Shown in pieces: positions 19,201-27,455 of a stretch of 44,726 nt of DNA. The stretch's first letter is position 1; the number at the start of each line of letters is the position of its first letter. The DNA is from a virus (taxonomy: Duplodnaviria > Caudoviricetes), in IMG/VR virus record IMGVR_UViG_3300020258_000009, positions 1-44,726 of that record; one strand, given 5' to 3'. Both the position numbers and the translations under genes were made by a program. A model generated the notes under the pieces. That model saw nothing but the letters and a program-made list of their open reading frames with translations, had not been told where the DNA came from and did not search any database.

Positions 19201-21858
19201 CTATCCACCACATCACAATCCTTCAGTCTGATTGATGGTGGTGCTACTACTGTTTACTTTGCTTCTGAAGCGAAGAACCTATTCATTGGTAACTCTGTCT
19301 CTGGTTCTGATACTACCGAAGCAGCTCCTCAGGTCATTACAGTTTCTCCAACTGCTCAGCACCAAGACATTAACATTGGTACATTCAGTGATGATACCAC
19401 CCTCAAGATTCACAGTGGTGGTACTAAGTCTACTGTTCAGATTGGTACATCGAGTCTAACAGAAACCAACGCTGTCTCTGTTGTCAAACTTGGTGGTGCT
19501 TATCAGAAGATCTCCAACTCCCTACTTGATGGTTCTGTTCTCAAGGTTCAGAACAGATTCATGGAGGCAGATGGTGACCTAGCAATCGGTACAGCACTAG
19601 TAACTGGAACGGGTATTGCTACTCTAAGTTCTCCTGCTGAGCGTGTAAATCTATTCACACTGAACACATCGAAACTATACGTTGGTAGCTCTGTCTCCAG
19701 AATGTATATCGGTGCTCAGGGTGGATTTACACAGATCAACAACAGTCTCATCGTTAAGTCTTCTTCTACACTTGAGGGTGACGTAACACTCTCTGGTGGT
19801 CTTAACTCTGGTGAGTTCGAGGTACGTAGAGGTTCGTTCTCTACCGACGCTCCTGCTCATGCTCAAGGTGATACTGATGCCGCTAACGTTGACCTCTTCA
19901 CTAAGACTGTTATTGGTCAGTTCGTTGATACTGACGCTAGCTTCTACGGTGGTACTTCTGATGCTGTCGGTGGCAGTGCTGCTGATGACGAATACTACCT
20001 AACATTCTCTACACCTGCTACCACTACAATCTTTGAAGTTGGTGCTTATCTCTTGCTTGATCGTTCGAGACTAGCAATCTTTGACCCAACAGCATTTACC
20101 GCTAATGTAACTGCTAACAGCAGCACAATCACTAGCGTTACTAACGCTGGTAGCTTCGATACAAACAACACTTGGGTACGTATTGACGAGAGCAGTTCTG
20201 CTACATTCAACGATGGCACCAAGTATGCTCAAATCACTGCCATCTCTGGCACCACATTCACCCTAAGCAAACCATTTGCTGTTGGTACGATCACTGGTCA
20301 ACTTTCGTTTACTGGTGGTGATTCCACACAAGGTGATGCTCCTGTCGGTGAGCAGTACAGCGAATTGGTTCTCATCGAAGAACTAACTAACCTGAACAAC
20401 GTTTCTGGTGACTCGCTACAACTCAAGGTCAAGAGAGCAATGAACCAGCGTAATAGCGATGGTTCGATGATTGCTGGAACACCTGCTGGTCTACCTGCTG
20501 GTGCTGATGCTTCTTCTTACAAGTTCCTAAGAACTGACCACCCAGATAATATTGAACTCATCAGATATGACCTAGCAAATGATGTTAGCTTCATTGATGA
20601 GGTTGGCGGCATTAGTTCTACAACTAGCGGTACACTAGAAGACATCAACACTGGTGACTTCTCTGGTGCTGTTGGTGAGGGTGACATCCTACGCTTCACC
20701 GATTCTGAACTAGCAATCATCACTGACATCAACACGACATCTCCACAGAAATTTGTCGTCACTGACGGTGCTGATAGTAACCCAGTTGAGCAGTTCTCTG
20801 TTGACTCCACAACTGGTGAGACCAACATTGCTGGTGATCTTAACATCAATGCTAACTTCACTCTCTCTGGTTCTACTACAGAAGGATCACAGGTTCTTTC
20901 GATCACCACTGGTGGATCTTCTCCTGTAACAACATTCAGTGTTGATTCTGCTACTGGTGATACTTGCCTCAAGGGTGACTTTGGTGCTGGTGGTCCTAAC
21001 TGTGACAGATTGACCGTTAATGCTGAGACAGGTCTTACCACTATTAGTGTTGGCGACTTCTTGATTGGTTCACAATCCGATCAGAAGTTGATTCTCCAGA
21101 ATAGCACTGGTAACCTAACAATCGCTGGTCACCTAACAGTTGAAGGAACTACAGAAACCAACATTGCTGGTCCTGTACAAATTGATGGTGGTAACCTACA
21201 ACTCAATAAGATCGATCAATCTCCTGAATGGGTAGCTAATGATGCTGTTGAGAATGGTGATACTATCTTCTACAGTGGTAACATCTACACCGTTGTTGGA
21301 GATGGCAACTTAGGCACCACTCCTCCAACACATACCACAGGCACTATCACCAATGGTGGTGTGAACCTCGCCTTCCTCAAGGCAAAAGTTCCCGAAGAAA
21401 TCTTCGAGGTAGAAGTTGATGGTTCCATGAACTTCGCTGGTCAAGAAGGATTCTTCACACCAAATGGTGCTAGAAAGTGGCAGTTCGTTGGTGCTGGTGA
21501 AGAGACATTTGACACGGAAGTTAACGTTAATTACTTCGTTGCTCCTTCTTCCGACACAACTCTCAAACTACCTACTAACGCTGTTACTGGCGATATGATT
21601 AGAGTTGTTGATGTCGGTGGTAACCTAACTTACAACGTTTCGTTGAGAGTAAGAGCGGGTGATAACATTGCTATCCAAGGTGATAATACAAACGGCAATT
21701 CTCCTGACCTAAGTAGTATTAACTACAACGGTGGTGAACTTGTTGTTCAGACTCCACATGCTGGATTTGGTCTGATTTACCTAGGTAGCACAAACTATGA
21801 TGGAACCACCACTGGTGCTCCATCTACAACACAAGGTTGGTGGCTCGTAGAGATCTAA
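10201..21858 (+). CDS. Giant virion structural/tail-fibre protein (3885 aa) with five phycobiliprotein-like helical domains
   Basis: Late promoter upstream. The N-terminus YVSPDDFNASD...GNSPLRPFKTIQRA and PRGCSLIGYDLRRT are typical of cyanomyovirus fibre proteins. Also beta-rich shaft repeats, a W-containing carbohydrate-binding-like segment (EWVANDAVENGDTIFYSGNIY) and a C-terminal LP.NAVTGD.IRVVD...GWWLVE domain. Confidence 0.85.
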   Translation: MALTRLDNLYSSKTGKYLYVSPDDFNASDELDNRGNSPLRPFKTIQRAFIEVARYSFLPAEGGESVPDRFDQFSIMLMPGDHYIDNRPGLVEFKSGAASRYFDAKNRIVANRQEIIDRGFAQIVVDHPDFFVPGDQQTDEGSRYQDAYRFIQKNKQYIVERSVAQVAIDFPDFYFPDEPQTDSQSRFATAYRLINLNRQNIIDAAWDCMLAAYPAANPTMDKCKRDIGILVDYTTLDLFQEGNTWSREFAKQYFDANGDPIANGLVGEETESVYAFNAARDFMLAAMTNQTSVTVQGTVYDLSSWTQDLTRTPDPATGSNTDPASCANVQTTLTNLVGIVTDVIVAGNLNSMPAEATPTIREGQLKCNRDTGFLVDAISLDVNQGGGNVYTRKFIQNYFNAGGTSWVDDGLQGEEQQSEVVFNKARDMMKQAITNQSGFPYKDYTITPDPNPGGAYGSAGSNTDNTDPAVCSDVQSMITTLVNLATTYFNQGSLANFVEETVSDNEGPGSVKCKRDLGLIIDAVAADIGNGGNGSVIAAAKTYFDKNGLPIGDGVVGEESQTVTALNAAAEWTKRAVTNQLYDKDLEILPGPASYSGYETNDPIVPNLPSGNSATCVDVQASIDTLFGIITTVITDGDLDSLNSVQVTGDIPVFNYNRALQEWQDNSILDLSNPDNVLYKFNSATGGAIVPRGCSLIGYDLRRTVVRPLYVPDPADPSTERTSIFNLTGGCYLWQFTIKDGDLSSNSPLYDNTANVGKVYYQKGNNSQLAIPEYSHHKICIMTYADTDDLQLYYDKVGTAFALFQPTIDDGDFNALPQENRIVGPLSDTRSIINIRLVEQTASGKTVIEATTKVAHGYFKEQYIAIIDTGLNDALNGTFKVTAIDEDNPKLFRYEVDTTPQQLGLDINTVGYTTPDLSLAARAQAEIDSVESASPYVFNCSIRSTWGQCGMWADGSKATGFKSMVVAQYTGVSLQKDDRAFIRYDEFSNTWNQASLTDAFATTAYHTKGDAYWKDDWRNFHIRASDDSFIQCVSVFAVGFFDHFLMESGGDMSITNSNSNFGNTSLHSVGFKGFSFNQDKGGYITDIVPVKKVDTSAFNQEDLKYYPLSNQATKVDGNQTRLYYSGDDVYSPFEKPATSIDGYRLGALTNDKVFLKLPKLGGGNAIYESIVSPSGFRQYTASLETLNPDGVQINSNAQDASNLIETNKAFIQREAYNYIITRYPALQQNTNITITKCERDIGYIVDAVIQDLRIGGNINSIQAAEAYYVGGTLSYIDTEFNESIEAYEYVKNLCIGAMRNFDYLVKNPTITAGSSIIDVGNTAGLLVGMTVNQYQYTDTANGDDPATANFTNGRLRDNAIATNTLIPNNSYIRRVIDSERIEIGNSQPVLSTDAQGFVSATFGNAVVANSPGSTSGAYLYFEFPKTASTLDSDDVLQGGYSDINPVRDSSVLQDTSVWDAADQGYPECNDILTLIEGYFTEFFLILNNGLTPLGGTEVDAHNLILANKTFIATEAVERMLLDPANANFVIPGGNQECIDDVELFLEAIAYNIKYGGNDKVYDGALNYVQQPGLINDERDESVQVYTQMRDLAISAMRNEPITVQGSHGLTQFFDNNVLGDTSSQPGVYDFANDCADIASSITVFNALITQAIGTDAAPGNLVGITRTEPSFNVATRVEPVVDTANLAARATIFTINTGASTSDPHLFETGTPVRLVPKIRSGVDPATVDKRVIRLPKGFDTNTIYYVIAPGRTTQPEDYSAPATYPNVFEKTNTTKLMLATTKENAAAGIYMYSPETDSVDYDVEIGVNQFVLDESYNLHQYVCNFPTGLTDVIETDVPHIFDVPGAENVVHEVFFRTFGDNSTLPQITNAGVTAEVDTLKYYYVRFVTPKTFAVFNTKAEAVAGSPRITFAPNFGQNFYTFANKRVSPVKFDPTRDDSALPVDNQETTTGQWYIQTTDDYDPAVNIQARMNEIGQDLKDARSKNTSFKRLADARTALDRIYRLRYVIPKYAEGVRDPLNGFVLKARTDETRKLLPQRILLKPTASGQADVALFETQIQLTAGGTLAQQLGLPASSLDPNFDYDPYLSSQVKKITSDRVASKTGFSIQSARQVNVSGTDYLELTVFDHTITDDAVRNEQFVTIKINAPQGGSGQFRINTSASTNLNKITWNGFSSGSAYVQGYFNPDGTDEHYLVLKGLDGDVVRYDRNSATTFSQPVLDADDDPVLDANGNQVLIYATLQAKANSVGSPNDSLSKSDRKDYLYSDKNSNVLTMTPGDIITDDDGNDYEIASVTDAGEIEDTFYIFDIEEIKRRIPNQQEGIYYLTCVKGNISPYPTGPGIGTNFRGFKFSQPIGQLYPLDYKNDPLWFQIRPDNTRDTTILDTDPTVCAADNFIHGLVTTNDYKNSETKEVILDFVENPALSRYEYTTNLIQAQDGNAASGSEDRLVPISGDSVYPTEKRLYVELRRPSIARSGNHTFEYLGFGPGNYSTGFPLRQEVVLEDIQDFYAQAKREDGGIVFYTGLNSNGDLYIGNRKINAITGEETFLERAELLSSDDDGGDIGGLVTTFELPVAFEQEITVDGNALFNNPVTINVDDNEPNAFTVVSNVDSNAGGDLTLDSSSWSRSTIASEGNVVIHQNQIFSAVYRLNPRGSTLLSGQDYSIRTHVDQTNGNTPTNKTPNQSNSNLGLEVEYGLNTNNGPTAGDILLKGEEVGRTGSLGWIYANYYQSFEANIASTTAIGDGAVPAGPGPKVRFNMINGESPAANNIQVGSIVKIAGLQGRFLNVNGIRVVQSVTGTDFVVSAPVVIDMSQTDDPTAIPADGVVSVSLSKWTETGLIGAEALRTNVDVNGSYALGINTLARSAHSDYTNGFSSSAVDPRANLDVVGNVFISGKVLSANGYDNFPLLANRSFAEINNALLIGGDSTQPNLEATFRVATSNGLQGNHAGQSQGSVRTVSGGRVGINVSDGDTNHTLTVVGDARISENVLLEQNLAVNGGSLSTTSQSFSLIDGGATTVYFASEAKNLFIGNSVSGSDTTEAAPQVITVSPTAQHQDINIGTFSDDTTLKIHSGGTKSTVQIGTSSLTETNAVSVVKLGGAYQKISNSLLDGSVLKVQNRFMEADGDLAIGTALVTGTGIATLSSPAERVNLFTLNTSKLYVGSSVSRMYIGAQGGFTQINNSLIVKSSSTLEGDVTLSGGLNSGEFEVRRGSFSTDAPAHAQGDTDAANVDLFTKTVIGQFVDTDASFYGGTSDAVGGSAADDEYYLTFSTPATTTIFEVGAYLLLDRSRLAIFDPTAFTANVTANSSTITSVTNAGSFDTNNTWVRIDESSSATFNDGTKYAQITAISGTTFTLSKPFAVGTITGQLSFTGGDSTQGDAPVGEQYSELVLIEELTNLNNVSGDSLQLKVKRAMNQRNSDGSMIAGTPAGLPAGADASSYKFLRTDHPDNIELIRYDLANDVSFIDEVGGISSTTSGTLEDINTGDFSGAVGEGDILRFTDSELAIITDINTTSPQKFVVTDGADSNPVEQFSVDSTTGETNIAGDLNINANFTLSGSTTEGSQVLSITTGGSSPVTTFSVDSATGDTCLKGDFGAGGPNCDRLTVNAETGLTTISVGDFLIGSQSDQKLILQNSTGNLTIAGHLTVEGTTETNIAGPVQIDGGNLQLNKIDQSPEWVANDAVENGDTIFYSGNIYTVVGDGNLGTTPPTHTTGTITNGGVNLAFLKAKVPEEIFEVEVDGSMNFAGQEGFFTPNGARKWQFVGAGEETFDTEVNVNYFVAPSSDTTLKLPTNAVTGDMIRVVDVGGNLTYNVSLRVRAGDNIAIQGDNTNGNSPDLSSINYNGGELVVQTPHAGFGLIYLGSTNYDGTTTGAPSTTQGWWLVEI

Positions 21859-21859
21859 T

Positions 21860-23557
21860 ATGCCAGGATATAACGTAGTAAAAACACAAAGGGCACTTCC
21901 AATCGGAAGTGTCCAACCTTGGACAGGAAACCTGTCTGAGATCCCAAATGGGTGGTTGTTATGTAATGGTGCTGAAGTTGAAGCAGGGGATTATCCTCTG
22001 CTAGCACGTGTTTTACGTGATACTTACGGTGGTACAAATTTTGGTGGTAATTTTCCTACCTACACTGGTACATTTAGATTACCACAGACAAATAATAAGT
22101 CACTAGCAGATATTTCTAGTGCTTACTTTGGTGCCTATAGTTCTACACAGGAAGCCGTTCCAGCTCCTATTGATAATGCTGATGCTTTGGCGGTTGTACA
22201 AGACTTCCTAGGAGATTCTGTTGCTGGATTTGAACCTGGAGACTTGGGACCTCCTAACGTTGTTAATGCTAAAACAGATTTAAACTTTACCTATACACCA
22301 GACCCTGCTGGAACTATTGTTAGTATTGTTACTACAGGTGTAGCACCTACGGTTGCTACTACTCAAGTGTATAACAATGTGGCAGGAAACAACGGAACAA
22401 ATGCTGATACTGGCGCTGCTGTATCAGGAACAGGTGCTTTGTTTACAGTTGTTATTAACACAGATGAAACCTATGATCTTGTTCCCAAAGTAAAAGGATC
22501 TGGATATGAGGTTGGTGATCAAATAACTATTCCTGGATCAACATTTTCTAATGATGGTGGTACTTCTACTGCCAATGATATTTCAGTTACTATAACGAAG
22601 ATTGGTAACTCTTATTTTGAGGGTGTTATTACAGGTCAAAGTATTATTAAAGGTTTCTCTATTAAAGAAGTGTTTATTGTTCCTAGAAAACTAGGTAGAG
22701 AACATTTCCCACAGCATTTCCACGAAGGAACATATGAGACAACCAACATCGGTGATTCTGATGCAGCGCCAGGACGAGGTGTTGGTGTATTTGCTACGCC
22801 AGAAGTAAACTTTACTGAATTCTATCAAAGAGTTGACCCCTGTCCTTCTGGATATATCTCACTCTTCAACCCTTGTCCTAAATCCACATCACTTGAATGT
22901 ACTACAGCAGATGTAGAGACTGGATTCTGGATTGGTAACTCACAGACAGATGATATTACAGCATTGAATAACTCTCCATTCCAAGTTGGTGTTGGTAGAT
23001 ATACAATTGCTTCTGTTGGTGGTAGTTTACCTGTTGCTGATCACGTACCATATGCCACATCAAATACAGGTCATGGTCTTGGTAAGTCTTGGTTTATTGG
23101 TAGTGGATCACACTGGAACTTGAGAGCTGGTGATGGTAGCACCTCTGTTAATGGTGATGCTAACATGACAGCAATTAAAAATACTGGTAGATTTGCTCCT
23201 GGATATAGGATTCCATTCTCAGATAATTCTCAAACAGTTAACTCTCCAAACTTTGACCCTGGTACTGGTGGATCTGATAATTCACATGGATATACGAAAA
23301 CATTATTCAACCACGCTGCTATTTCATTTTTACAAGATAACTTAACTGGTGGTGGCGTTAATGATGTCATTGAGACACATGATCATGATGGAACATTTAA
23401 CGTTGTATATGATGGTGAAAACATCGATGTTGTAGAACAGTTGAGTGTTCTAGCACAACCAAATGTAACTCCAAACTCTCTTGAAGGGGCGTTACAAATT
23501 ACATTCACCACAAGAGTTCCTTCTGTAACAATTACCAATCTAATTAGAGCGTACTAA
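21860..23557 (+). CDS. Tail collar-domain fibre protein (gp12-like)
   Basis: Collar motif LPIGSV.PW.G....IPNGWLLCNG......YPLL..VL..TYGG...FRLP. HxH motifs QHFH and THDH. Ends LIRAY. Confidence 0.8.
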   Translation: MPGYNVVKTQRALPIGSVQPWTGNLSEIPNGWLLCNGAEVEAGDYPLLARVLRDTYGGTNFGGNFPTYTGTFRLPQTNNKSLADISSAYFGAYSSTQEAVPAPIDNADALAVVQDFLGDSVAGFEPGDLGPPNVVNAKTDLNFTYTPDPAGTIVSIVTTGVAPTVATTQVYNNVAGNNGTNADTGAAVSGTGALFTVVINTDETYDLVPKVKGSGYEVGDQITIPGSTFSNDGGTSTANDISVTITKIGNSYFEGVITGQSIIKGFSIKEVFIVPRKLGREHFPQHFHEGTYETTNIGDSDAAPGRGVGVFATPEVNFTEFYQRVDPCPSGYISLFNPCPKSTSLECTTADVETGFWIGNSQTDDITALNNSPFQVGVGRYTIASVGGSLPVADHVPYATSNTGHGLGKSWFIGSGSHWNLRAGDGSTSVNGDANMTAIKNTGRFAPGYRIPFSDNSQTVNSPNFDPGTGGSDNSHGYTKTLFNHAAISFLQDNLTGGGVNDVIETHDHDGTFNVVYDGENIDVVEQLSVLAQPNVTPNSLEGALQITFTTRVPSVTITNLIRAY

Positions 23558-24462
23558 TGGCAACCTATTACACCAACGAAAGGGCGAGGTTTGGTGGTGT
23601 TTCTGGCACCATTATTCCTTTCCCAATTAAACTTCCAGATGTCAATGTTCCAGATCAAGGCGATTGGGGCAATTTACTTCCTGCTGGTTTTTTGAGATGT
23701 GATGGTTCAATTCTCCCTGCTAGTGATTTTCCTATTCTCGCTCAAATCTTGGGCACAGGAAATAATTCTAAATTTAAGCGAGATGACCAGACAGTAAATG
23801 ACAATCAGTTTGTTCTTCCTGATATTGGATCTAAAGCTATTCAGGGTGGCAATGCTTCTGGTACATACTTAAATGATAAAGTAATCAACATTGATCCTGG
23901 TGAGACAGCACCTTATAGAGTTGGTGCTGAGGTTAGTGTGGTGTCTTTGATTGGTGAGTCAACCACTATTACATACAGTGGTGAGTTCGAGGTTATTAGT
24001 CCTGGTAACATTGAGTTTATCGGTAATCCTCAGTTCGGTACTACTACATCTGATGGTAGAACATTAAAAGCATTCTTATCTGAACAAGCATTCCAAGCAC
24101 ACGGTCACGACGCTGATGTTGGTGTGTTTAACTATCTTGGTCAGTTTTCTGATTCTAACTTTGTTGGAGCAAACACTGGTTCTTCTCAGGGTGGTAATGA
24201 TGGTCAGAACGAAGGATCTAACGAACCAGTTACTATTCAATCCCCGACAGATGCTTCTGCTGTTGTCTCTCACGCTCACTTGATCGATTTCCCGTCGTCT
24301 ACTGTAGTTTCTGCTAATAATCAACTTAGATATTCTTTCCTGAATACTAATGTAGATGCTTTCGGTTTGGAAACAACAGTAAACCTAACTACTAGTAATG
24401 TTAAAAAATTAGATGAGGCAACACCTCCATATATTTTAGTAGAATATATCATCAAGATCTAA
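23557..24462 (+). CDS. Tail collar-domain fibre protein
   Basis: Collar motif GTIIPF...PAGFLRCDGS......FP.LAQILGTG...F.LPDIGSK. HxH motifs AHGH and SHAH. Ends PPYILVEYIIKI. Confidence 0.8.
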   Translation: MATYYTNERARFGGVSGTIIPFPIKLPDVNVPDQGDWGNLLPAGFLRCDGSILPASDFPILAQILGTGNNSKFKRDDQTVNDNQFVLPDIGSKAIQGGNASGTYLNDKVINIDPGETAPYRVGAEVSVVSLIGESTTITYSGEFEVISPGNIEFIGNPQFGTTTSDGRTLKAFLSEQAFQAHGHDADVGVFNYLGQFSDSNFVGANTGSSQGGNDGQNEGSNEPVTIQSPTDASAVVSHAHLIDFPSSTVVSANNQLRYSFLNTNVDAFGLETTVNLTTSNVKKLDEATPPYILVEYIIKI

Positions 24463-24463
24463 A

Positions 24464-26020
24464 ATGCCTACAAGTACATTCACTAGTCCTGGTGGACCAT
24501 ATAATGTAGCTGTACCATCTAATGGATACAATATCCAAATCACTCTTCGTGGTGCTAGAGGTGGTCGGGGTGGTACTGACGCTTCTGCTCAAGGTGGTGT
24601 TGGTGGTACAACGTCTATTCAAACATTTAACGTCACTCAAAACTTTCAAGCAAGAACCTTCAGCCTATATGTTGGTGGTAGGGGTGCTAATGGTGTAAAC
24701 AGCGCACCCAATGCTGCTGGTGGTAATGGTGGTTATGGTTTCGGTGGTGGTGGTCGTGGTGGTAACGCTGGTGATCCTCCCTACTCTGGTGGTGGAGGTG
24801 GTGGAGGTGGTGCCTCAGCAGCTGCTATTAATGGTGTACTTGTCGCCTGTAAGGGTGGATCTGGCGGCGGTGGCGGTGCTTCCGATAATAGAAATGGTGG
24901 CGGCGGTGGTGCCAACGCTGGTATTGCTAATGCTCGTACTTCTGTTAGTCCCACTGGTGGTGGTCAGGGTGGAGACCCAGGCGGCACCGATGGTGGTGGA
25001 GGCGGCGGCGGAGGCGGCGGCGATGACGGTGGTGGCGGCGGCGGTCCTGGACGGGACAACAGCAACGGTGGTGGCGGTGGCGGCGCTGGTCAGTCCACAT
25101 ATAATGTTAGTTACGTTTCATCTGGCGCTCCTCTCACTTCAGATGGTCAAGGTGCCATGGATGGATATGCTTCCATCACCTGGATTAATGCCCAACCAAC
25201 TATTAATTTCTTCAATGCCAGCCCCAATCCACAAAATAGTGTCAGTGGTACTCCGTTGTATTCAACTACATTAACATGGAGTGCTTTGTATGCTGACTCA
25301 CTGAGTCTAACTAGCAGTGCTGGTGAATCATGGAATGTTACTGGACAAACATCTAGAAACATTACTAACTTACCACAGTCTAATGCTAACGGAAATAGTC
25401 CAGCATCTAGATCATATACATTATCAGCAACCAATCCTTCAGGCACTGTCTCTAGCACTGTAAGTGTATCTGCTCGTAATGACAATACTCCATCAAATTC
25501 TTGGACTACAGCATTCAGTAACTTACCACCTAATTCAACTGTTGATTTAGTTTTAGGAAACCTTAGTGGTGTGGATATGCCCTGTACTATCTCAGCATCT
25601 GGTAATGCTAATTTTATAGGTTTAGGTAGTTCTTTTTCTGGATCTAGAAACTTCAGTAATGGACAGCAAGTTAAATTAAGAACAACAACACTCCCATATA
25701 ATACTGATGTTACTGGTGAGACGGGAATCTATGGAAAGATTAACACCAAAACAGTACAGATCAACACACCAGGCGGTAGTTTCAATGTCAGTGTCAGTAC
25801 AGCAGCACCAAGGATCAACGAAGTCTTTAACTATGCTAATAATATAGACAAATATCCGTATGAAGATATTGATATGATCACAAATACTCCTACTGAATTT
25901 CTAACAACAGCACAAATTAATGCTGATGATATTCAAATTCCTATGGAAGTTAAGGTAGATCAACCCGATGCTCAGATAAGTATTAATAACGGATCCTGGC
26001 AAAACGCAAGAGAAATTTAA
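24464..26020 (+). CDS. Putative fibre tip/adhesin, paralog 1 (Gly-rich head plus shared C-terminal stalk)
   Basis: Polyglycine-rich N-terminal domain. The C-terminal ~280 aa are shared with the next two genes (NDNTP...GVDMP...SFSGS.NF.NG...INNG.WQN.RE). Confidence 0.7.
   Translation: MPTSTFTSPGGPYNVAVPSNGYNIQITLRGARGGRGGTDASAQGGVGGTTSIQTFNVTQNFQARTFSLYVGGRGANGVNSAPNAAGGNGGYGFGGGGRGGNAGDPPYSGGGGGGGGASAAAINGVLVACKGGSGGGGGASDNRNGGGGGANAGIANARTSVSPTGGGQGGDPGGTDGGGGGGGGGGDDGGGGGGPGRDNSNGGGGGGAGQSTYNVSYVSSGAPLTSDGQGAMDGYASITWINAQPTINFFNASPNPQNSVSGTPLYSTTLTWSALYADSLSLTSSAGESWNVTGQTSRNITNLPQSNANGNSPASRSYTLSATNPSGTVSSTVSVSARNDNTPSNSWTTAFSNLPPNSTVDLVLGNLSGVDMPCTISASGNANFIGLGSSFSGSRNFSNGQQVKLRTTTLPYNTDVTGETGIYGKINTKTVQINTPGGSFNVSVSTAAPRINEVFNYANNIDKYPYEDIDMITNTPTEFLTTAQINADDIQIPMEVKVDQPDAQISINNGSWQNAREI
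25235..25274 (+). repeat. 40-bp perfect direct repeat, copy 1 (copy 2 at 27875-27914)
   Basis: AATAGTGTCAGTGGTACTCCGTTGTATTCAACTACATTAA is identical at both sites, 2640 bp apart. Confidence 0.9.
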
Positions 26021-26021
26021 G

Positions 26022-27455
26022 ATGCCTACAGACGACTATCCTAATCCTGGAAATTATAGTTGGACAGCACCATTCGCTACCAAAACTGTCACTGCCCGTG
26101 TGATAGGTGGTGGTGCTTCGGGATATAGAGATTGTGATGGTGACGATGAAGGTGGTGGCGGCGGAGGAGGCGGTTTCTCCGAGCAAACTAGATCTTTTCA
26201 ACAGGGTTGGTCATTATCAATTACTGTGGCATCTGGTGGTTCGTCACCTAGTTGTGATACTGGTAGAAATGGTGGTACATCACAAATTAAAGGTGGTCCT
26301 GGTAATGTTATTAATGTTCGTGCTACTGGCGGCAGAACAGGCACTGATGACTCTGGTGGAGGTGGTGGAGGTGCTGGATCTGCTGGTGATAATGTTAGGT
26401 CTGGCGGTTCTGGATCTGATGACGACGATGGGCAAGATGGTGGTGGAGCAGGTAACAAAAGTGGAAACTCTGGACGCTGTGGTAATGGTAGAGGTGGTAG
26501 AGGAACTAACCTAAGTGGAAACTCGGGTAGTTGCCCAGGTGGTAGATCTGGTGCTTCTTATGGTGCTGGTGGAGCAGGAAATGATGGTGGTAGTGCTGGA
26601 TCAGGTGCTAAAGGTGGTGCTAGAATTATTTACGATTATCATTCTCCTAGCATTACACAGTGGTCTGTAGGTAATAACTATAATACTGATGGTAATCCAG
26701 ACGCTAATGTTACTCTTCAATGGAATACTCAATATGCTAATAGTGTTAGTATAAACAGAGGAGTTGGTGGTGTTGGTGCTAGTGGAACAACAACCGTCAA
26801 TACTGGACTACAATCAAATGCTAACGGTACAAGTCCTGCTACAAAAACTTATAAACTAACAGCATCAGGTCCTGGTGGGACAGTAACTAGCACTAAGACT
26901 GCTAGGGTGAAGAATGATAACACACCAAATAATGGTAATTTTACCAAATCATTTACTAATTTAAATCCTAGTACAGTACAAACTCTCACTCTTGGTACAG
27001 TTACTGGTATAGATATGCCTTGTACTATCTCTACGTCTGGTAGTGGTAATTTTATTGGTAAGAATGGTTCTTTCTCTGGATCTCAAAACTTTAATAATGG
27101 CGAAACCTTACAGTTAAGAACAACTTCGCTGCCATATAATACTACTGTTCCTAATAGTGGGCAGTTTGGTTCTACAAATAGTAAGAACGTAACAGTTACT
27201 ACACCATCAGGAAGTTTTAACGTTACTGTTACTACTAAGGCACCTGTAGTTAGGGAAACTTTTGATTACGCTAATAATGTAGACCAGTTCCCATATGAAG
27301 ATATCGACTTAGTTCCTAATAATCCTACTTCACATTTAACGTCAGCACAAATTACTGCTGATGATGTTCAGATTCCAGTAGAAATAAAAGTTAGTAATGG
27401 TGATACTCAGGTGAGTATTAACGGTGGTGGTTGGCAAAACGCTAGGAGTACCTAA
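26022..27455 (+). CDS. Putative fibre tip/adhesin, paralog 2 (different Gly-rich head)
   Basis: Gly/Asp/Cys-rich head (VIGGGASG...GGGGGGGGFS) followed by the same shared stalk. Confidence 0.7.
   Translation: MPTDDYPNPGNYSWTAPFATKTVTARVIGGGASGYRDCDGDDEGGGGGGGGFSEQTRSFQQGWSLSITVASGGSSPSCDTGRNGGTSQIKGGPGNVINVRATGGRTGTDDSGGGGGGAGSAGDNVRSGGSGSDDDDGQDGGGAGNKSGNSGRCGNGRGGRGTNLSGNSGSCPGGRSGASYGAGGAGNDGGSAGSGAKGGARIIYDYHSPSITQWSVGNNYNTDGNPDANVTLQWNTQYANSVSINRGVGGVGASGTTTVNTGLQSNANGTSPATKTYKLTASGPGGTVTSTKTARVKNDNTPNNGNFTKSFTNLNPSTVQTLTLGTVTGIDMPCTISTSGSGNFIGKNGSFSGSQNFNNGETLQLRTTSLPYNTTVPNSGQFGSTNSKNVTVTTPSGSFNVTVTTKAPVVRETFDYANNVDQFPYEDIDLVPNNPTSHLTSAQITADDVQIPVEIKVSNGDTQVSINGGGWQNARST

Noticed and set aside
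10191-21041. Many 60-174 aa alternative-frame and minus-strand ORFs inside the giant gene (and similarly in other long genes)
   Set aside because: They are fully nested in a well-supported CDS and have the composition typical of shadow frames.
24680-25090. GGC/GGT runs as a tandem repeat or CRISPR array
   Set aside because: They encode polyglycine. There is no repeat-spacer periodicity and no cas gene.
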